A stretch of DNA of 59,021 bases, taken from IMG/VR virus record IMGVR_UViG_3300006329_000017, positions 1 to 59,021 of that record; one strand, given 5' to 3'. The notes below the pieces were generated by a model. The model did not search any database. It worked only from the letters and a program-made list of their open reading frames with translations, and was not told the DNA's origin. The position numbers and the translations under genes were made by a program. This document shows, in pieces, positions 35,958-45,725 of the stretch; within the stretch, counting starts at the first letter, position 1; every line of letters starts with the position of its first letter. The stretch is from a virus (Duplodnaviria; Caudoviricetes).

Positions 35958-38164
35958 GCTATCTGTCCTGCGAAGGTTGATAGGAGTCTTCTGTTAGACC
36001 CTTTACCCTTAAGAGATTTCTTAAAAGCATTCCTCAAGTCACGCTTGTTTGGGTTCTCCTTGACCTCCATGGATGTTTCCTCGGTCTTAGGTGGAGCGAT
36101 AACATACAACTCAGAGTATGCTGATGATTTTACAATGGCAAGTTTGTCTTTCTTCCACTGTTTCTTGTACTCATCTTGCTCCCAGATACCTTGACGGTTT
36201 AAGTAAGAACTGAACTCTCTTGGTGAGCAGAGACGGAACCCAATTACGTTGCACCATGTGTATCTGTCTCTGATTACTCTAATAAGTGCTGAAGTCATAC
36301 CATAACCACCGTTCTTGATATCTGTGTAGTACCTACCAGTTTTCTTATCTCTAAGAATAGTATTGTAACCACAGTGATACTCATAGTTTCTGTCAACGTA
36401 ATCAGTTTTTTGATGTACATAACCAATTTGCTGTGCTTCACCATCAGATAGAACAACTAAGTGACATTTTTCTACACCATGTGCTGTTTTCCACTTAGGT
36501 AAAAGATCTACCATAGTTGCTAGTCCTTCGTTAAGTGGAGTTCCACCTAGTCCTAGGAAGTATGGTGGTTGTGGTACTCTCATTGAGTCATAACTGTAAG
36601 AATGATATCTCTCAAAGTACTTTCCAACTCTGAAAAGATTTCTAGCATGTCTAGCAAACTCTTTATTGTTAACTTCACTTGTCAAGAAGTTGTATAGTCT
36701 GAATCTTGCGTCCATCCATAGGTCACCTAGGTCTTGCTTTGCAATCTTCTCAAGAGAATCACGATCTTTATATCCATAGTAACCATCGTGCTCACATACG
36801 AAAGCATATACATCGAATGGGATGTTAACTTTATTACAGAACTGACATAAGTTGATAAGTTGCTTGATAGTAGGGAAGATTTCGTTGCTCATAGAACCAG
36901 ACCAATCAAGTAGGAATACTAGACCATGGTTCTTACCATTTGGTACTGCTGTAATCTTTCTGAATATGTCATCAGAGTACTTGTACTTGTGAAGTTTAGT
37001 TGTATCAAGTGTACCAGTTCTTGATTCTGCAGAACGTGCATGTGATGTTGCTGCTTTCTTACACTCGAACTCTTTTACAAGGTATGATACGTCTTTTTTA
37101 GATCCTTGTAGGAACTCATGATACTCTCTATCAATCCAATCGAAACTCTTAGTACCATTATGAATCTCAGTGTCTTCTCTCCACACTTGCTCACATTTGT
37201 CCCAGATATAGTCAGGTTTTACAACAACTTTATCAGATTTTACTGTAGGAACGTTAGTGTAGATTGACTCATAACCATCTGTCTTTGCCATCTCTTGAGT
37301 TTTAGAATCAAATGACTCTTGAGTAGTAACTTCTGAGTGCTCTTCCCATGTTTCGCCACCTTCTCTACCGTGGTCTGGTAATTCACCTAGTGCTGAGTCA
37401 CCACCGAAGGCATCAACATCATTTTCTGTCTTATCCCATGGTTGGTTAGGGTTGATGATCTCTTGATCAGGAGTCTGTTCTCCTTCTTCTTCTTTTTCTT
37501 CCTTATCACCCTTTCCTTCTGATAGATCTTCACCTTCTGGAAATTCTGGAGGTGTTCCTTGACCGCCACCACTTACAGGGATTGAGAATGATGTCTCTTC
37601 CTGTGCTTCTTCCTTTTGTTTCTTATCAAATTCTGCTTTCATGTACTTAAATATATCCTTCGCAGCACTCAGTGCTTCCGCAAATGTCTCAGCAACCCCT
37701 ACAGCGTCTCTGAGAGGTCTCTCAGCATCATTAAATGGGATCATTGCATATGAACCAACCTTAAAGTGAAGGTTAACTCTGTCAATGAATGATAGTTCCT
37801 CTATATCTCTGGTGTTTATGTCGAAGAAATCGATATCATTAAGTGTCTCATAACCTTTATAGAAGTCTTTTGTAAGACCAGGATACTTACGCTTCATTAA
37901 CTTCTCAATGCGTGCATCCTCAGTTACGTTTATGAATGCCATTGGGACACCGATCTTTTTAGGGTCTTCGTTTGGTGTGAAGAGTGCGTGTCCTACCTCA
38001 TGACCCACGAGCATATTATATACGTCATTGCTTGTTTCCCAGATTGGGAGTGTCAAAACACGATTCTCTACATCAAAGGATGCTGTTTCTACTTTCTTGT
38101 GCTCCACGACTAGATTCTCTGTTGCGAGGAGTTTAGCAAGGGTTCCTTTGATCTCGTGGTTCAT
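35954..38164 (-). CDS. Metallopeptidase-like plus VWA domain protein (CobT-like partner of the AAA+)
   Basis: HEVGH...EDARIE; acidic linker; MIDAS motif DWSGSM, GGTP, LSDGE. Confidence 0.88.
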   Translation of the reverse strand: MNHEIKGTLAKLLATENLVVEHKKVETASFDVENRVLTLPIWETSNDVYNMLVGHEVGHALFTPNEDPKKIGVPMAFINVTEDARIEKLMKRKYPGLTKDFYKGYETLNDIDFFDINTRDIEELSFIDRVNLHFKVGSYAMIPFNDAERPLRDAVGVAETFAEALSAAKDIFKYMKAEFDKKQKEEAQEETSFSIPVSGGGQGTPPEFPEGEDLSEGKGDKEEKEEEGEQTPDQEIINPNQPWDKTENDVDAFGGDSALGELPDHGREGGETWEEHSEVTTQESFDSKTQEMAKTDGYESIYTNVPTVKSDKVVVKPDYIWDKCEQVWREDTEIHNGTKSFDWIDREYHEFLQGSKKDVSYLVKEFECKKAATSHARSAESRTGTLDTTKLHKYKYSDDIFRKITAVPNGKNHGLVFLLDWSGSMSNEIFPTIKQLINLCQFCNKVNIPFDVYAFVCEHDGYYGYKDRDSLEKIAKQDLGDLWMDARFRLYNFLTSEVNNKEFARHARNLFRVGKYFERYHSYSYDSMRVPQPPYFLGLGGTPLNEGLATMVDLLPKWKTAHGVEKCHLVVLSDGEAQQIGYVHQKTDYVDRNYEYHCGYNTILRDKKTGRYYTDIKNGGYGMTSALIRVIRDRYTWCNVIGFRLCSPREFSSYLNRQGIWEQDEYKKQWKKDKLAIVKSSAYSELYVIAPPKTEETSMEVKENPNKRDLRNAFKKSLKGKGSNRRLLSTFAGQIA

Positions 38165-38343
38165 CGTATTTTTTCGTATTTGTTTTGTATATACACATGA
38201 TAATCGAAAACCCTCCGCTTGGGAGGGTTTAGTAGACACTTTTTTAAGTGGTTGCGTCTGGCTCGTGCTTGCCTTAATGCTTGTGGTTTTAGCTTTCGCT
38301 TGGGTGGCTTCCCAGAATTATGTTGCCAGTTGGGGGTGGTCAT
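38161..38343 (-). CDS. Basic hypothetical protein, 60 aa
   Basis: PNWQHNSGK...KPQALRQA, a recurrent cyanophage ORF. Confidence 0.7.
   Translation of the reverse strand: MTTPNWQHNSGKPPKRKLKPQALRQARARRNHLKKCLLNPPKRRVFDYHVYIQNKYEKIR
38197..38250 (-). promoter_or_regulatory. Early-type promoter with palindrome upstream of the VWA gene
   Basis: CACTT-AAAA-AAGTG-TCTAC-N29-TATCAT; same spacing as at 35900-35957. Confidence 0.6.
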
Positions 38344-38347
38344 TGTC

Positions 38348-38515
38348 CTAAAAGGATGCTTCTGCTAGTGTATCATGTAAATCTGCAGCGTCAAACTGCA
38401 CATAAGTCAACTCATCATTGTATACCCATCTAATCTTAGACCATATAAAGACAAATTCGTCTTCACTTAAGTCTAAAAAGAGTGCTCGCTCATTCCAATA
38501 GATGTGATAGGTCAT
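38348..38515 (-). CDS. Hypothetical protein, 55 aa (below track cutoff)
   Basis: MTYHIYWNERALFLDLSEDEF...; ATGA overlap with the gp46 stop. Confidence 0.65.
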   Translation of the reverse strand: MTYHIYWNERALFLDLSEDEFVFIWSKIRWVYNDELTYVQFDAADLHDTLAEASF

Positions 38516-40230
38516 GTGTCGTCTTGGATTTTCATGGTGGAAAAGTCGGACTGCTTATCGAATGAGATAATCCGTTCGAATTTATCTAATAGTATATCAC
38601 CTTTATGGGATATTACAAATAGATTAGTATTCAGACCCAATCCCCTTAGAATCTTGAGTAGTTCATCAGTACTACCCTGATCAAGGGAAGAATCAAATAC
38701 TTCATCGAGGATTAGTAAATTTGTACTAACACTGTTCTTCATCTTGGCGATTTCTCTCCAAGTAAAGAGTAATGCTAGGTCAATCTTCTGCTTCTCACCC
38801 TCTGAAAAGGACGCATATGAGAAAGAATCCCTGTATCTAGACAGTATATTCTCATTAAAGTTCTCATCCAGAGTGAAATTCACATAGAAGTCCATACTCT
38901 GAAGATATTTATTGATTTTATTGTTTATAACAGGTACAAATTTCGAAACAATCTTGGACTTGATACCATCATCCCTTAACAACCCAGACACCACCTTAAG
39001 ATTGTCTGCCTGTTTGTTCACGTTGGCACAAAACTTCTCTTTCTCTCCTAATTTCCACTCAAAATGGACTAAATCCTGCTTCTCTTGCTCTAAATTAGTT
39101 GCTTCACTACCTACCTCTGTCATCAACCTAGTATTCTCTTTCAGAATACGCACCTCTTCCTTGGTTAGTGCCTGTATTTCATACCTATAACCGTTAACAA
39201 CTGATGATTTCTCTCTCAGATCCTTTACTTCGGTGTCCATACTATTAATATGGTCTTTGATCTGGGTATGTGCAATATTATACTCTTCTACCTTATCTTT
39301 TAGTTCTGTAATCTTTGTGTGCTTAAGTGATTCATCAATAGTTTGAGTACATACTGGACAAGAATCATTCTTTTCGAAGAAATTCATGTCTTTTTCAGAG
39401 TCTTTCTTCTTAAGATTGATCTTGGTCTTCATTATCTTGACCTTCTCAAGTTTTTCTATTGACCTATCAAGTTCTAAGAGTTGTGGAGTGATCTTATTGA
39501 TCTCCTTTTCCTTCTCTTTTATCTGATCTTTGATCTCTTCTACTCTCTTCTCATTATCCTCAAACTTTTTCATCATATTACCAGTAGTTCTCTGGTCTAC
39601 CTGCTCTAAGTTCTCTATATTTTTTCTTTGCATCTCAACTTTCTGTTGAGCAAGATCTAATTCATACTCACACTGGTTTTTTTCTTCTCTAACATCCTTC
39701 ATCCTCTCTTTGAGGAGTCCATTCATGAACGAGAAGATCTGGATGTCCAATATATCTTCGATAACTTCTCGCCTGTTAGGTGCGGTAAGTTGCATGAAGG
39801 GGACAAATGTGGATGAACCAAGGATGACGACCTGTGTGAAACTCTTGTAGTTGAGTTTGAGAATACTCTGTTCGAGATATTTCTGAGTATCTTTAACTGC
39901 AGCGTCCTGATCAAGGAGATCACTGTTCCTAAAAATCTGAAAGACATTTGGTTTAACTGCTCTAATTACTTTGTATTTAATAGTTCCAACTGTAAATTCC
40001 ACCTCAACCCTGAGTTCCTTCTCATTAATACTGTTAATAAGTTGTGATCTGCTGATCTTTCTAAAGGGTTTATTAAATAAAGCAAAGCACAGGGCATCCA
40101 ACATGGTGGATTTACCTGCACCGTTACTCCCTACAATAAGGGTACTCTGTTTTTCACCCAGTGGAATCTCTGTGAACTGCTGTCCTGTGGACAGGAAGTT
40201 CTTCCATCTGATCTTCTCAAATTTAATCAT
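38512..40230 (-). CDS. gp46: Recombination endonuclease, Rad50/SbcC-like subunit
   Basis: GSNGAGKST, CPVC zinc hook, FSEGE, LDEVFD, ISH. Confidence 0.97.
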   Translation of the reverse strand: MIKFEKIRWKNFLSTGQQFTEIPLGEKQSTLIVGSNGAGKSTMLDALCFALFNKPFRKISRSQLINSINEKELRVEVEFTVGTIKYKVIRAVKPNVFQIFRNSDLLDQDAAVKDTQKYLEQSILKLNYKSFTQVVILGSSTFVPFMQLTAPNRREVIEDILDIQIFSFMNGLLKERMKDVREEKNQCEYELDLAQQKVEMQRKNIENLEQVDQRTTGNMMKKFEDNEKRVEEIKDQIKEKEKEINKITPQLLELDRSIEKLEKVKIMKTKINLKKKDSEKDMNFFEKNDSCPVCTQTIDESLKHTKITELKDKVEEYNIAHTQIKDHINSMDTEVKDLREKSSVVNGYRYEIQALTKEEVRILKENTRLMTEVGSEATNLEQEKQDLVHFEWKLGEKEKFCANVNKQADNLKVVSGLLRDDGIKSKIVSKFVPVINNKINKYLQSMDFYVNFTLDENFNENILSRYRDSFSYASFSEGEKQKIDLALLFTWREIAKMKNSVSTNLLILDEVFDSSLDQGSTDELLKILRGLGLNTNLFVISHKGDILLDKFERIISFDKQSDFSTMKIQDDT

Positions 40231-40486
40231 GCAATGAGGGAGGAAATACTATATCGTCAGGTTGGATGACAGTGTAATGATACCCAAACTGATGACAGTT
40301 TTCTTTTACTTGGTCTTCATCAATCTCCATCATTCTAAGATCTCGATTGTATCCGTCTGCAACCAAGTGTTGATGATAACGTTCAGCATCATCAGGGTGC
40401 TCAAAAATTTGGACTACTCTTTCTTTGAGTGTTTCATCTCTAACAGCATACACCCCTCCGCTTCTTTTGTCAACTAGAACGTACAT
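40223..40486 (-). CDS. Conserved cyanophage hypothetical protein
   Basis: GVYAV...FE..DDAERY; between g47 and g46. Confidence 0.75.
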   Translation of the reverse strand: MYVLVDKRSGGVYAVRDETLKERVVQIFEHPDDAERYHQHLVADGYNRDLRMMEIDEDQVKENCHQFGYHYTVIQPDDIVFPPSLHD

Positions 40487-41520
40487 CAAATCCTCTGTGC
40501 TTCTACATAAAGTGACTTAAGGATAGCAAATATTTCATCCTTATTATCAATTTCACTCACACATTTCTGTAAAATAGTTAGAGTGTCTTCTGCTTCTATA
40601 GAATCATCAACATCCTCTAAATGTAAGAACTGATCTTCTATAATTTTTAGGTCAGCAACATCAGCATCATTAATAGATTTTAAAGTCTTATCAAATAGAA
40701 CTCTATCCTCCTTTGTCTCAACGATTAGCTTGACGTAGCTACCTTTTAGAGTGTTATATTGTATATCAGAGGTCTCTTCATCCTTATAAACGATCTTATG
40801 AAACATTTTGTTGGGATTCTTATGAAAACTTAACCTCTTAGTTTTAGTATTTAGTGTATGGAACCCTCTTTCTTGACCGTAATCATTCCAATAGAGTTGG
40901 TACGGGTTACCTAGGTAGTGAATGTTACCCTTTACACTCTTCATATGGAAATGACCAGTGCATGTTAGATCAAACCTATCGAATATAGAGGGATCGTCTC
41001 CGTGTTCCATGGTGTGACCTGGAACAGCCTCAAAACCGTTAAGCTCAAGATGCCCAAGACAGACGCTCGCATTACTAGAAGAGATAAGATCATAGGATCT
41101 CTTTCTGTTTTCGTCACATATCCAAGGTATAAGAAGAAAATCACACCCGTCAACAGATAGTTCAGTTGGCTCAGCGATAACTGTAATGTTCTCGTATTCA
41201 GCAAGTAATAGTTCTGGTGAGTTAACTCTAAGAGTGTTTTTGTAGTAAATGTCATGGTTACCTACCATCATATACTGCTTCACCCCTCTCTTTAGAAGAG
41301 GATCGAACCACATTTCTTTAGCAGCATCTAATGAGAAAAAATTAACATACTTTCTTCTATCGAAAGTGTCTCCTAAATTGATGATCGTTTTGATCTTATG
41401 CTTATCAATGAAAGGAAGTACTGTTTCGGTATAAAAAGTTCTGTATTTGTCTATGTAATATTGGTTGTCATTTCTGACACCAAAGTGTTGATCAGTTATC
41501 AGTAGGATCTTGGATGTCAT
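40486..41520 (-). CDS. gp47: Recombination endonuclease, Mre11/SbcD-like subunit
   Basis: DQHFG, GDTFD, GNHD, GHFH. Confidence 0.97.
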   Translation of the reverse strand: MTSKILLITDQHFGVRNDNQYYIDKYRTFYTETVLPFIDKHKIKTIINLGDTFDRRKYVNFFSLDAAKEMWFDPLLKRGVKQYMMVGNHDIYYKNTLRVNSPELLLAEYENITVIAEPTELSVDGCDFLLIPWICDENRKRSYDLISSSNASVCLGHLELNGFEAVPGHTMEHGDDPSIFDRFDLTCTGHFHMKSVKGNIHYLGNPYQLYWNDYGQERGFHTLNTKTKRLSFHKNPNKMFHKIVYKDEETSDIQYNTLKGSYVKLIVETKEDRVLFDKTLKSINDADVADLKIIEDQFLHLEDVDDSIEAEDTLTILQKCVSEIDNKDEIFAILKSLYVEAQRI

Positions 41521-41650
41521 ACTCTATAGTCACCTTCTTACTCATCCTACCACGAGAATCCAAATATGTCGAGTGCTCTATATTGATGTCGTCTTTCATC
41601 ATTGAGATCTCATCCAACAGCAGTTTTAATCTATCGTTTGTTCTACCCAT
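41492..41650 (-). CDS. Hypothetical protein, 52 aa (below track cutoff)
   Basis: MGRTNDRLKLLLDEISMMKDDINIEHSTYLDSRGRMSKKVTIEYD...; fills the g55-g47 gap. Confidence 0.6.
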   Translation of the reverse strand: MGRTNDRLKLLLDEISMMKDDINIEHSTYLDSRGRMSKKVTIEYDIQDPTDN

Positions 41651-42131
41651 AGCGTTGATTAGTCTCCACTCTTGACTTAATGTAGTTCATGTCTGCAGAG
41701 TTCTCGTTTCCATCTGTATGGAATACTTCTTCGTACCCTTTACGTTCCAGAATTTTTTCTCTAATAGATTGTTGTCTCTTCTCCTTTGCAATTCTCCTTA
41801 GATATGCGTAGTAAACTATCTGTGTGAAATAAGCAAAAGGATTTTTAGATTTCTCTGGGTCAAAATTGTGTATGTATTGGATGCAATTCTCAATGCCATC
41901 CCCAATCATGTCTTCTCTATACATATAGTTTATAAAATTTGGTCTATATGATAGGTGTGTAGCGATTTTAAGGAAGCATTCACCAATATAATTAGAGACA
42001 CGAGGTTTAGGATCACCTGCTTCTTCAGCTTCAGTAATCTGTTGTCTATAGATAATCAACTCAGCTAAGAATTTCTTATTATCTACATAGTGTTCCTTCT
42101 TTTTAGTGGACTTCCGTGCCATAGTAGTCAT
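41643..42131 (-). CDS. gp55: Late sigma factor
   Basis: HYVDNKKF, RPNFINY, MIGDGIENC, NPFAYFTQI. Confidence 0.97.
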   Translation of the reverse strand: MTTMARKSTKKKEHYVDNKKFLAELIIYRQQITEAEEAGDPKPRVSNYIGECFLKIATHLSYRPNFINYMYREDMIGDGIENCIQYIHNFDPEKSKNPFAYFTQIVYYAYLRRIAKEKRQQSIREKILERKGYEEVFHTDGNENSADMNYIKSRVETNQRYG

Positions 42132-42155
42132 TTATATTAACTCACGGTTAGCATA

Positions 42156-42184
42156 ATTATAGTTCATGGTGACACAATTGTAAA
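42156..42184 (-). promoter_or_regulatory. sigma70 promoter for g55, TTTACA-N17-TATAAT
   Basis: -35 at 42184-42179, -10 at 42161-42156. Confidence 0.75.
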
Positions 42185-42190
42185 GGGGGC

Positions 42191-42219
42191 TTGACAAACC
42201 CATTTACAATGGTTAGACT
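42191..42219 (+). promoter_or_regulatory. Divergent sigma70 promoter TTGACA-N17-TAGACT (antisense direction)
   Basis: -35 at 42191-42196, -10 at 42214-42219. Confidence 0.6.
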
Positions 42220-42227
42220 CAACACTG

Positions 42228-42686
42228 TTAAGGGTTGGAAGGATCCTTAGGCTCTTTTTTATACATATGCTCTAGAAACGAGCGTGCGTCCTCAACTTTG
42301 GCGATTAGACCCATATTAGGACTCAAGGGTACCTCTCCTCTCTCAGGTTCGTGTTCGTGTAATATTTCTTTCTTCACCCAACGTTTATACATTCTTATTG
42401 CGTCCTTACTCATAGGAGCAATGCTGATAACTGATCTTTCTTCGATGACGAAAAACTCTTCGTCGGAAAAATTCACCCACTTAATAAAACCAACAGCGAT
42501 TTTTTGATCACTTGGTTGATTTCCTTCCATTTCTACGATCTTAGTCTTAGCAGGGTGCTGTATGAACAGAAGATCTTCCTTAGAGTCTGGATCTTTTGTC
42601 AACAAAACCTCACCAAGGATCTCCTCCCCAGTAATGAGTTTGACTGTACCGTGAAATTGTTCGTCGTGTCGGATGTAGTTAATCAT
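42228..42686 (-). CDS. Conserved Sm-fold-type hypothetical protein
   Basis: VKLITGEEILGEV; downstream of uvsW. Confidence 0.75.
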   Translation of the reverse strand: MINYIRHDEQFHGTVKLITGEEILGEVLLTKDPDSKEDLLFIQHPAKTKIVEMEGNQPSDQKIAVGFIKWVNFSDEEFFVIEERSVISIAPMSKDAIRMYKRWVKKEILHEHEPERGEVPLSPNMGLIAKVEDARSFLEHMYKKEPKDPSNP

Positions 42687-44136
42687 TTTTTAATTTAACT
42701 TCTTTGATTTCGTAATCAAAATTCTCTTCCTCATATATTTTTCGTCTTGCGACTAAATGACGAAGAGTATAGTTAAGTTTGGAACCTCTCGCACAGTCAT
42801 CCGCTATATCGAATAATGTAGCCTGTGCTTTGTTCTCACCCTTCCTAAGAACCCTACCAATAGACTGAAGATTTCTGACCCTCGACTTTGATGGACTCGC
42901 AAATATAACATTGTGCAGATTCTTAATATTGATACCAGTAGAGAAGGTTCCATAAGACGCTAGTATTATAGCATTCTTTTCCTTCTCACATATAGAACGT
43001 GCTTCTTCACGTTCCATAGCATCTATACCACCATGTATAAAGAAAATCTTACGACCTTCCTTTACTTTACTATTTAGCAATTCCCATAAAGGTTCTCCGT
43101 GTTTTTCGACGTAGTTAAATAAAATCAATGTGTTTCCCCGTAGATCACACGCAAGATTTATGATGAGATTATTGCGTTTTGGGTGTGTAATTAGGTAATC
43201 TATCTCCTGAAAATAGTCATCAAACGGTACAAATCCATGCTTACATAAGAGGATACACACCTTCAGTGGTGTTAGGTGTCCTTTTTTCATGAGATCTATG
43301 GTCTTAGTTACCTGATCCACCTTACCAAACAAACCTTCCAACACTAATTGATGAGTTTCCATACCATCTAAGGTACCTGTCAACCCCACTCGGTACTTAG
43401 CGTCATGACATTTGTTGAGAATCCCTGTCAGACTTTTCGCTTTGTAAAGATGTGCTTCATCCCCGATAATGACATCAAAACGTTTAAAAAATTTGCGGGG
43501 TTCCTTATAGATGCTCTGCCAAGTACTGATAACCACAGAAGAGTCCACATATTTTTCTGCACCTGCTTGGATTTTATGTATTTCATTTGTTCTCCATCCA
43601 TATGATTTAAAATCTTTTGCCAACTGTTCTACTAAAGACACGGTTGGTACTATAATAAGTATGTTTCTATCAAATTTTAAGTGCCAACGCACTATGGCAT
43701 AGATGATCAGGGATTTTCCTGATCCTGTTGGGGATAATAAAAGTTTGCGATGGTGCCTAAGTGCCTGATAAATTGCTCGTAACTGGTAGTCTCGTGCTTT
43801 AAAAGGTAATCCCAGTGATCTAACGTAGCCCGCAACACTCTCAGGGCTGATGATAGATTCCCAATCGTCTGGTCGTCCATAAGTACTGTCCTCAATGTCA
43901 AATTCATAACCTTTTTCTTCTAAGAAATCAACAACATAATCAAAAAGACCCGCATATATCTCACCAGTAGCAGGTGAATACAAGCGGATCTTGCCATCCC
44001 ATTTCCATTTTTGGTACTGTGGCATATACTTAGCACCTGGAACATCAAATATAAAATGTTCACTCAGTTCCTTGTGTACATGCGGTTCTGCAGTTACCTT
44101 AAGGTAAACCTCGTTTTTCTTGGTGATAACTGTCAT
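42679..44136 (-). CDS. uvsW: SF2 helicase
   Basis: PTGSGKS, DEAH, TGT, QSIGRVLR. Confidence 0.96.
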   Translation of the reverse strand: MTVITKKNEVYLKVTAEPHVHKELSEHFIFDVPGAKYMPQYQKWKWDGKIRLYSPATGEIYAGLFDYVVDFLEEKGYEFDIEDSTYGRPDDWESIISPESVAGYVRSLGLPFKARDYQLRAIYQALRHHRKLLLSPTGSGKSLIIYAIVRWHLKFDRNILIIVPTVSLVEQLAKDFKSYGWRTNEIHKIQAGAEKYVDSSVVISTWQSIYKEPRKFFKRFDVIIGDEAHLYKAKSLTGILNKCHDAKYRVGLTGTLDGMETHQLVLEGLFGKVDQVTKTIDLMKKGHLTPLKVCILLCKHGFVPFDDYFQEIDYLITHPKRNNLIINLACDLRGNTLILFNYVEKHGEPLWELLNSKVKEGRKIFFIHGGIDAMEREEARSICEKEKNAIILASYGTFSTGINIKNLHNVIFASPSKSRVRNLQSIGRVLRKGENKAQATLFDIADDCARGSKLNYTLRHLVARRKIYEEENFDYEIKEVKLKND

Positions 44137-44558
44137 CAATAATTCTCATACTTCCTCAGTTCGATAACGTTTTTAATCTGAAATCCTCTATTGGAGCACT
44201 GTTTAAGAACGTTCTCCAAATAATTTATACAAGTTTCGAGGTAGTCCATTTTTTGTTTGGTACGGATGAACTCATCATCTGCCCAGATGTATGTGTTGAG
44301 GTCACCTTTGAGTACCTTATGGTTAAAGGGATTATCTTGGTACACCTTCGATGGTGCCTTACCAGAATAGTACTCAAACTTCTGTTTATACATGCGGTTC
44401 TTCTTCATTTCAGCATCAGACAGCATCAGTCTGAACTGAGACCACAAGTTTAGGTACTTTTCATGTATGACAGTTACCTTAAAATTTTCCGTGTCAAGAT
44501 CGTTCTGGTCGATTTTACAATCTTCCTTCCACATCTCACGGATGTCATCAAGATTCAT
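44136..44558 (-). CDS. uvsY: Recombination mediator
   Basis: HEKYL, YYSGKA, RGFQIKNVIE; upstream of uvsW. Confidence 0.9.
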   Translation of the reverse strand: MNLDDIREMWKEDCKIDQNDLDTENFKVTVIHEKYLNLWSQFRLMLSDAEMKKNRMYKQKFEYYSGKAPSKVYQDNPFNHKVLKGDLNTYIWADDEFIRTKQKMDYLETCINYLENVLKQCSNRGFQIKNVIELRKYENY

Positions 44559-45154
44559 GCTAATTCAGTTCTTCTCTTACCTATTGTATCTTGGATGTCG
44601 TATAGATCGTAACGAAAGCTCGCTTGAGCTACAGCATACTCCGTACCATCTATTGTAGCATTAAATTCTAGTGCTGACAAGGAGACAGGGAACATGTTCT
44701 CAAACGTGACAAAGAAATTTGTCTGAAAATTACTGTTTAATACTGCTAGTGATCCATCAGAACGTACATTGGTTAGTATTTTACCAGTGTCCATCTTCTC
44801 TTCTGACCTATCTTCTAGGAAAGTTCTTTCTGCTAGAGTTCTACCAGTTGCCATACCTCTCATCCAGTTATGGAGAATGAGATAGTTCTCTAAGTCCTCA
44901 TCAATAAGGAACTGTAGATTAAGTGGTTCATAATTAATACCATGTGAATCCCACGGTATAGTACGACCCATAATTGTGGGTTGTTCTACCTGATTGATAC
45001 TGATACCAGGAATGTTTGCGGTCTGTGCAAAGTAAGTTACCTTAGGATAATCTGCCAAGACAAACTTAAATCCAATAGGAGATAAAAAATTTCTATTTTC
45101 TATCTGTCCTTGGAATGAGTCGTAACCTTTATTACCTAGGTATGATCCCGCCAT
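44555..45154 (-). CDS. gp3: Tail completion / tube terminator
   Basis: NFLSPIGFKF, ANIPGI, FLIDEDLENY, FPVSLS. Confidence 0.88.
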   Translation of the reverse strand: MAGSYLGNKGYDSFQGQIENRNFLSPIGFKFVLADYPKVTYFAQTANIPGISINQVEQPTIMGRTIPWDSHGINYEPLNLQFLIDEDLENYLILHNWMRGMATGRTLAERTFLEDRSEEKMDTGKILTNVRSDGSLAVLNSNFQTNFFVTFENMFPVSLSALEFNATIDGTEYAVAQASFRYDLYDIQDTIGKRRTELA

Positions 45155-45525
45155 TACTCTTCGTCTTTTTGATTATTTAGGTACTCAATGACCTCATCAT
45201 GATCTTTTGCTGCTCTTTCGAAGGCAGCATACTGTGCTTCTATACTAAAATTATCTAATCCTTCTACCTCTGAGGGTTCCTGTTTGATAATTACCTTAGA
45301 TTTTTCTTGCTCATCCCAGTGTTCATGTAATTTATCTACCTGCACATCAACATCTCTCATAGTATGCTCTACTTTAAGGTCAAACCACACTCGTTTTAAC
45401 CATGCTATAAATCCCAAAGAGAAAAATTTTACGAATTGGTTGGGTTGTTTGTTTGCCCATCTCTCCATCTTGGCATACCAAGGGTCTACACCTGGTCCAA
45501 ATGTCTTTTCGAATTCGTATTTCAT
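45154..45525 (-). CDS. Hypothetical protein
   Basis: FEKTFG.GVDPWY; TAATG coupling. Confidence 0.7.
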   Translation of the reverse strand: MKYEFEKTFGPGVDPWYAKMERWANKQPNQFVKFFSLGFIAWLKRVWFDLKVEHTMRDVDVQVDKLHEHWDEQEKSKVIIKQEPSEVEGLDNFSIEAQYAAFERAAKDHDEVIEYLNNQKDEE

Positions 45526-45725
45526 TAGTCGTAGATACCGTACGGTGTTAAATCATAATAAGGAGTTTCTAATGGTTCGCCCTTACGAGGTGTTGGTTCA
45601 CCTATCTTTGCTAAGATATCAGCAGGTATTTTCTTCTGACTAATATCATAAGGTATGGGTGCATTTGCTACACATACCCTTACACATTCCCACTCTTCTT
45701 CTGTGAGGTCATAGTTAGTCATCAT
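45525..45725 (-). CDS. Hypothetical protein, 66 aa
   Basis: ORF track; operon packing. Confidence 0.65.
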   Translation of the reverse strand: MMTNYDLTEEEWECVRVCVANAPIPYDISQKKIPADILAKIGEPTPRKGEPLETPYYDLTPYGIYD

